Of a stretch of DNA of 64,000 bases, positions 59,260-64,000 are shown one piece after another; the first letter of the stretch is position 1; each line of letters opens with the position of its first letter. Location of the stretch: the IMG/VR virus record IMGVR_UViG_3300028840_001107; one strand, written 5' to 3'. The notes under the pieces are model-generated. The model did no database searches, was not told the origin of the DNA, and worked only from the letters and a program-made list of their open reading frames with translations. The position numbers were made by a program, and so were the translations under genes. This stretch comes from a virus.

Positions 59260-59803
59260 AATGTCTATCCGCTTCTGCTTCGGTTTTGAATTTCGGTGGG
59301 TACTCTTTACCGTCTACGACTAGTCGCCAATCTTCCCAAGCGGCTAACGCTCCGTTAGCTATTAGACTCTTAAGCTCTACGACTCGTTCTGCCGCCGTTA
59401 GGCGTACTAGTCCAGCTTCTCTCAGGACGGTATTACCATGGCGGATAATCCGCGTAAACTCTTGGTGCCTGATCTTCCTAGTATCGAGTAGCCACTGAAG
59501 TCTACCGTCGTGAATAAAGTTGTGGCAGTCTTTACAAAGAGGCACCGCTTCAATGTAGTAGAGCTTACCACTAAGGTAGTCGACTTCGTAACGCTCGTGA
59601 GCGTCCAGTACTCCCTGCTTCGTTTGGTACTTTGAAATACCGCAAGCCTTACAATGAAAGTTCGTAGACTCGTATGCCTCTCTCCGAACTTTATCCCACC
59701 ACGGCGTACCTAAAACTACTCTAGGAGCTACGCCGTGGAGAGGTTTCGGTATGTTACATCCAAGTAGTAGTTTAGGCTCACGTTTCCATTTCCATCTAGC
59801 CAC
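59252..59803 (-). CDS. HNH-like zinc-binding nuclease candidate
   Basis: HCKACG...HERYEVDY...CKDCHNFIH arrangement. Confidence 0.45.
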   Translation of the reverse strand: MARWKWKREPKLLLGCNIPKPLHGVAPRVVLGTPWWDKVRREAYESTNFHCKACGISKYQTKQGVLDAHERYEVDYLSGKLYYIEAVPLCKDCHNFIHDGRLQWLLDTRKIRHQEFTRIIRHGNTVLREAGLVRLTAAERVVELKSLIANGALAAWEDWRLVVDGKEYPPKFKTEAEADRHYA

Positions 59804-60008
59804 TGGTAATCCTTTCTAGCCGACTACTACCGCACCGTTTACACGTCAGCTTCCTGGAAGAGATAGACCTACAGTCTAGGCAACGATAGAGGGATTGGCT
59901 ACCGCTACCGTTACAAGGTACACATCTACCTCCGGAGCTACTAACGCCGGTGCCGCTACACGCGATACACTTAACCTTCTTCAGGCGTAGTTTCTTTGCT
60001 CCTCCCAT
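59796..60008 (-). CDS. DnaJ-type CxxCxGxG zinc-finger miniprotein (70 aa)
   Basis: CIACSGTG...CVPCNGSG, plus CLDC...CKRCG. Confidence 0.5.
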   Translation of the reverse strand: MGGAKKLRLKKVKCIACSGTGVSSSGGRCVPCNGSGSQSLYRCLDCRSISSRKLTCKRCGSSRLERITSG

Positions 60009-60348
60009 CTGCGTCTATATCCTTTCTCGGCAGGTTTCTACGGTCAGCCTCTTTACGAAACTCTTCGTACACGTTCTCTGAAACGATGATTTGGTTATCC
60101 GATAGCATCGGGTTGCTGATAACGTGGATCTGTCCTCTCCAACAATCTAATATACCGATAGCTAACGAAGCGTTCATCCGCTGTTGGTTAGCCTTCATAC
60201 CTTTTGAGGCTTTATCCATTAGCTGTTTCAGTTCTTTTGGGTCAGTTACTTGGTTCTTCTCCTGAGGCCCCGTCGTTGCTTGGCTCATCCGGCGTTCGAA
60301 TTGATTGTAACGTTCTGGCGATGACGGGTGCGAGTCCTTCTCGTTCAT
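59971..60348 (-). CDS. Hypothetical protein (start ambiguous)
   Basis: The track ORF overlaps the upstream gene by 107 nt. The internal ATG at ~60219 (MDKASKG) would remove the overlap. Confidence 0.4.
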   Translation of the reverse strand: MNEKDSHPSSPERYNQFERRMSQATTGPQEKNQVTDPKELKQLMDKASKGMKANQQRMNASLAIGILDCWRGQIHVISNPMLSDNQIIVSENVYEEFRKEADRRNLPRKDIDADGRSKETTPEEG

Positions 60349-60557
60349 AGGTTTCCTTTAGCTCTTTGATAAAGTCGACGGGATGCTTGTCGAGTACCAA
60401 CTCAACCGTATCCTCGATGACGATCTGGTTTTGTTGAATAGCTACCTTAGACCGTGAAGCTTTAGCTATACGAAAGATGCGAACATCCGTCCCGTACGCT
60501 ATATTGACCGCAGCAGCCGGTTCTTCCTTCTTCCCTTCAAACTTAAGTATATCACTC
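60242..60557 (-). CDS. Hypothetical protein (about 105 aa from GTG at 60557)
   Basis: Track ORF is 60242..60790, but its 5' part overlaps the better-supported 60552..61217 ORF. A GTG overlaps that ORF's stop (AGTGAGTGA). Confidence 0.4.
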
Positions 60558-61217
60558 ACTCTTCTTTCCCTTTCTGGCAAGTTTCCTTCTTTGTTGACGT
60601 CGAGTCTCTTCTTCAACCATCTTCTCGAACTCTTCAGCACAGCACGGTACTCCCGGAGGTAATAATGGAGTCTCTTCTTTAGTAGGCTCCGTATTAGTTT
60701 CCGAGATACGAGTAAAGACGTCAGCATTCCTATTGAGTAGCACGACTTCGGCCCCACCGTAGTCGATAGTATCACCTTGGTGCTTACCATCTATCGTAGG
60801 AGTCCCAGTACCTCCGGAGCCTACCTCTACGCCGACCTCTTTTTGCCCGTCTACTAGCTTCATAACTGTAGGAGAGAATAACGTTTGGAAGACGTTTCGA
60901 TAGTGGTTGAAATCGTTTTCGAATCTACGCTGGTTCTCGCGTAGCTCTCGAAATTCGTTGTAGACTTTGTTACTATCCCGCGTTTGCTTCGTATAGCGTT
61001 CGACAACTTCTTTCAGAATAGTTAGCTGCTCTTCAAACGCCTCCAATCGTTTCTCTAACTCCGTAGCGTAGTCGTAGAGCTTGACCGTAGGTTGCTCTCT
61101 TCTCTCCGTAGCTTTCGTGCCGGACTTAACGGAACTGAACGCAACGATGATAAACCCTACGATACAGACTAGGGCAAGTACCAAAACAAAATCCAGTAGA
61201 GTAAACTCAACTATCAT
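60552..61217 (-). CDS. N-terminally membrane-anchored coiled-coil protein (221 aa)
   Basis: FTLLDFVLVLALVCIVGFIIVAF TM helix, then a heptad-like charged region, and a basic C-terminal tail. Confidence 0.55.
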   Translation of the reverse strand: MIVEFTLLDFVLVLALVCIVGFIIVAFSSVKSGTKATERREQPTVKLYDYATELEKRLEAFEEQLTILKEVVERYTKQTRDSNKVYNEFRELRENQRRFENDFNHYRNVFQTLFSPTVMKLVDGQKEVGVEVGSGGTGTPTIDGKHQGDTIDYGGAEVVLLNRNADVFTRISETNTEPTKEETPLLPPGVPCCAEEFEKMVEEETRRQQRRKLARKGKKSE

Positions 61218-61506
61218 CCCGTTCTCCTTGTCTACTTGCGCCTATAGCGGTGCCGATAGTTCGTAGTATCCAGACAAACGCGTCAGTGTCTTCTTCGATC
61301 CAATCAGCGATACGTCGTGGGATAGGGCTACCGAAGATGTGAGAGCCTATTACATACTCTCCGTCTTCTTTACCTGTACAGTCGTCTCCGAACACGAAGC
61401 AATTATCGACTCCAGGTACAACGTCTGCGTTGAGACCGACGATAGTGCTGTTGGTCGTTTCCTTTTTTCCTCCGGTCATTTCGGTTTTCTCCTTCGTAGC
61501 TTCCAA
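61207..61506 (-). CDS. Hypothetical protein (99 aa)
   Basis: ORF track. Confidence 0.5.
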   Translation of the reverse strand: MEATKEKTEMTGGKKETTNSTIVGLNADVVPGVDNCFVFGDDCTGKEDGEYVIGSHIFGSPIPRRIADWIEEDTDAFVWILRTIGTAIGASRQGERDDS

Positions 61507-61545
61507 GTAAAGTTCTCATCTTCGGGTAGTAGATCCTGGGGAGAA

Positions 61546-61704
61546 GTTAGTCCCACATCGTCCGACGACTTTGTTCTACTACCTTGTTCTCTTCTTCCCT
61601 GAAGGGTTGGAGCTTTCCCATGATGTCGGGGTCCCAACTATGAAAGATGTCCAACCAGATTTTAGAGTAGAACAGAAACGAAACTAGAAGACGTATGATA
61701 TTCA
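61546..61704 (-). CDS. Small hydrophobic-N-terminus protein (52 aa)
   Basis: Own reading: AAGGAGAACGCG-ATG. MNIIRLLVSFLFYSKIWLDIFHSWDPDIMGKLQPFREEENKVVEQSRRTMWD. Confidence 0.45.
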
Positions 61705-61716
61705 TCGCGTTCTCCT

Positions 61717-62760
61717 TTAGAGGTTAAGCCAGTACTTCAGTTGCCGTTCGTGTTCCGCTATCCAATCGTATAGATTTTCAAACGTATTACATACGGATAT
61801 ACGGGGTTCCCAAGCAAAGTCCCGTGAGATCCTTTCGATGTTTGAAACGAATACGTGTTGATCGTACGGACGTGGACGGGCGTTATCTTTTTCAACTACT
61901 ATCTTCGTTATATTTTCGCAGAGGGTAGCAGCCTCTCTAAGACTAATAGTGTTATTGATACCCCCACCCACGTCGTAGGTTTCGCAGATAGAACCACTAC
62001 GGAGTAAGGCGTGGGCTTGAGCGTTGATAAGCCTACACAAGTCACCTACGTAAAGAACGTCTCTGACCTGCTTACCTCCCCATCCGTAGTAAGTGAACGG
62101 TAAGTCAAAGTAGTGAGCTAGCATTAAACGCATCGCCCAACCCTGCTCTACCGAAGCCATCTGGTTGGGACCGGCGATACAAGAGAATCGGTTAATGATT
62201 ACTCTGAGATCGTAAGCCCGGGCCCACTCCTTGATTACTTCTTCGGCTACATACTTAGAGTTACCGTAGATAGTACGCGGTAAGCCTGAGGCCGCATTGT
62301 AACTATCGGAAACCTTGAACGTAGTCTCGACTCTGAATCGCGTAAGCTCTTCAACCAGATTAAACTCGTTAACGTACTCTCCAGGGTAGACCTTATTAGA
62401 CGACCATTGAATCAGAGAACAGTCGAGTTCCCGACAGAGCTTAAGAATCCAGACTACTTCGGCTACGTTGTTATCGAAGTCAGTAGTAGGATTCTCCATA
62501 CTAGCTACCGCCGAACTCTGAGCAGCGCAGTTGAGGATGATATGCGGTTTACTGGAACCATCGCTTAGATATGAGGCAGTCATATCCCCGATAGGGCATT
62601 CTTTGACGGCGATACCGTTGAGTCGTAGATACTGATAGTTACGTTGATTCTCTGGTCGGTAGATAGGATCTACGCAGAGAACTTTATGACCTAGCTTCGT
62701 AAAATACAAAGCCAAATTAGTCCCGACAAAACCGCACCCGCCTGGGATAAGTATATTCAC
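61717..62760 (-). CDS. NAD-dependent nucleotide-sugar epimerase/dehydratase (extended SDR)
   Basis: MNILIPGGCGFVGTNLALYF (GxxGxxG) and YGNSKYVAEE (YxxxK). 347 aa. Confidence 0.8.
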   Translation of the reverse strand: MNILIPGGCGFVGTNLALYFTKLGHKVLCVDPIYRPENQRNYQYLRLNGIAVKECPIGDMTASYLSDGSSKPHIILNCAAQSSAVASMENPTTDFDNNVAEVVWILKLCRELDCSLIQWSSNKVYPGEYVNEFNLVEELTRFRVETTFKVSDSYNAASGLPRTIYGNSKYVAEEVIKEWARAYDLRVIINRFSCIAGPNQMASVEQGWAMRLMLAHYFDLPFTYYGWGGKQVRDVLYVGDLCRLINAQAHALLRSGSICETYDVGGGINNTISLREAATLCENITKIVVEKDNARPRPYDQHVFVSNIERISRDFAWEPRISVCNTFENLYDWIAEHERQLKYWLNL

Positions 62761-63176
62761 TTCTCATCTTCCTTTGTCTGGTTGAGGCCCCTCAGAAACT
62801 CCTCAAGCTCTACGCCGAACTTGGTAAGCTCTTGGGTCTCGTATTCAACTACATTCAAAAGAGCGTTAGAGTCCTGACCTAGTAATCTTAAAATGATCCC
62901 TGTCTTGATTTGCATCAGTTCGGAGAGCATTAAAACGCACCCGATAATCCGGTCAGGATTTCTCACGAGTATGTCTTTCAAGAACTGGAATCGTTTTTCT
63001 AGATTCGCTTCTTGAATCAAACAAAGGTCATCCAACTTACGAAGGATCTTATTAACGCATTCAAAGTCGTCTAGATTAGATACCACTGTTTGGGCCCTGA
63101 GATAGAAATAAGAAAAGAGAAGGATACCAGCCGGCAACAAGTTACCCACATCCCACCAAGCCGGTATCCTTCTCAC
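62757..63176 (-). CDS. Hypothetical protein with N-terminal hydrophobic segment (139 aa)
   Basis: ORF track. 4 nt overlap with the epimerase gene. Confidence 0.5.
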   Translation of the reverse strand: MRRIPAWWDVGNLLPAGILLFSYFYLRAQTVVSNLDDFECVNKILRKLDDLCLIQEANLEKRFQFLKDILVRNPDRIIGCVLMLSELMQIKTGIILRLLGQDSNALLNVVEYETQELTKFGVELEEFLRGLNQTKEDEK

Positions 63177-63197
63177 GGAGAAACGAAACGACCAAGA

Positions 63198-64000
63198 TCA
63201 ATCTTCGCTGAGATCGTCCCAGCTAACGCCCTTGTAAACTTTGCCGTTGTCGTGGTTCTTGAGGTTAACCGTTTTAGCTTTCGGGAATACGGCGGTTACC
63301 TCGCAGTCGTAGGACTTCCGAGAACGTGGCGGCTTGTAGCTGTAAACTTCTTCCTTCTCAGGAACAAATTCATCGCCGTCGTCGTCTTCATCCTCCTCAT
63401 CGTCTTCTTCTTCTTCTTCGTCGTCTTCGTCGACTTCTTTACGAGCTTCGATGATAGCGTCACCGAGTTCTACCCAAGTCGGGTAGTCATCCGGTTCAAG
63501 CTCGAACTCCGCTGCGAGTTCGGTGAGCTTCTCTGCTAAATCTTCGTGCCCGTCGTCTGCGAGTTCGCCAGCGTCGTGCGGGTTGATATCTTCGTCTGGA
63601 TCAAACTCCGGTTCTTCGTCTTCGTCTTCGTCTTCGTCTTCGTCTTCTTCGTCTTCTTCGTCTTCTTCGTCTTCTTCGTCGTCTTCCAACTCTTCGTCTT
63701 CTTCCGGTTCTTCGTCGTCGTCGGTATCGTCGTCAACGTCGTCAGGGATGTCTTCGTCGAAACCTTCGGCTACTCCGCCCCAGACGTGGTTAACACGCGG
63801 GTTGGGGTACTGCTTCGTAGCCTCACCTTGCCAGGTTCGAAAACGGAAGTAAACGCCGGACTCTTTGAGTTCTTGGGCGAGTGCTTCGACTTCTTCTCCG
63901 CTCTCGACTTCTTCGGTTTCCGCTCCCAACTTTCGAAGTTCGTTAAGCACCCAATCGAAGTGTTCGTCAATCGTCTTGCGAGAGCGGTTAGGCGTATCGC
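63198..64000 (-). CDS. Extremely acidic Asp/Glu-repeat protein (possibly 5'-truncated by the window edge)
   Basis: Two poly-acidic tracts (DDVDDDTDDDEEPEEDEELEDDEEDEEDEEDEEDEDEDEDEDEEPEFDPDEDI and EVDEDDEEEEEDDEEDEDDDGDEF). The track start is a GTG at 63950, but the frame stays open to position 64000. Confidence 0.7.
   Translation of the reverse strand, partial: DTPNRSRKTIDEHFDWVLNELRKLGAETEEVESGEEVEALAQELKESGVYFRFRTWQGEATKQYPNPRVNHVWGGVAEGFDEDIPDDVDDDTDDDEEPEEDEELEDDEEDEEDEEDEEDEDEDEDEDEEPEFDPDEDINPHDAGELADDGHEDLAEKLTELAAEFELEPDDYPTWVELGDAIIEARKEVDEDDEEEEEDDEEDEDDDGDEFVPEKEEVYSYKPPRSRKSYDCEVTAVFPKAKTVNLKNHDNGKVYKGVSWDDLSED
63612..63735. repeat. Tri/hexa/nonanucleotide microsatellite-like tract (CTTCGT / CTTCTTCGT units) encoding the acidic run
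   Basis: cttcgtcttcgtcttcgtcttcgtcttcttcgtcttcttcgtcttcttcgtcttcttcgtcgtc, read directly. A shorter tract lies at 63373-63433. Confidence 0.85.

Noticed and set aside
63523-63852. Plus-strand ORF encoding a poly-serine protein (SSSSSSSS...)
   Set aside because: It is the antisense reading of the GAA/GAC acidic repeat. It has no RBS and lies opposite a long co-directional operon.

Overview
Gene-dense segment of a tailed dsDNA phage genome (siphovirus-like: tape measure protein, no sheath gene). I saw no rRNA, tRNA, CRISPR array, integrase or transposase. Layout: (i) a short minus-strand block at 1-1045 with a UDG-like fragment and a RuvC-like resolvase. (ii) A divergent control region at 1046-1300 with three TTACGTAA palindromes. 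(iii) A plus-strand early block at 1301-9054 with a ParB-like protein, a ~690 bp non-coding stretch, many small ORFs, two excisionase-type HTH proteins and an SF1 helicase. (iv) A convergent hairpin terminator at ~9356-9411. (v) One very long minus-strand block running 64000 -> 9405. In transcription order this block encodes an extremely acidic protein, a sugar epimerase, small proteins, a family A DNA polymerase and a putative thymidine hypermodification cluster. That cluster comprises two pyrophosphorylase-like proteins, a P-loop kinase, a radical SAM enzyme, a PLP enzyme, a GT-A-like protein, an amidoligase, an NT5C-type nucleotidase and a ThyA-fold enzyme, and is interrupted by one plus-strand histone H1-like gene. 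The block continues with MazG, primase-helicase and a sulfotransferase, then the head genes: TerS, TerL, portal, Mu F-like protein, scaffold/protease, decoration protein and major capsid. Next comes an unusual ~12 kb insert with a secreted trypsin-like protease carrying collagen repeats, an SNase, a 2044 aa modular fibre and a beta-propeller glycosidase-like protein. The block ends with the tail genes (major tail, G/GT chaperones with a visible -1 slippery site, TMP, six distal tail proteins) and two glycosyltransferases. The most interesting candidate is the extended DNA base hypermodification cluster at ~48.8-57.2 kb. It carries an amidoligase and a GT-A-like enzyme that are not part of the described thymidine hypermodification pathways. 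All functional calls come from motif reading by eye and need profile searches.
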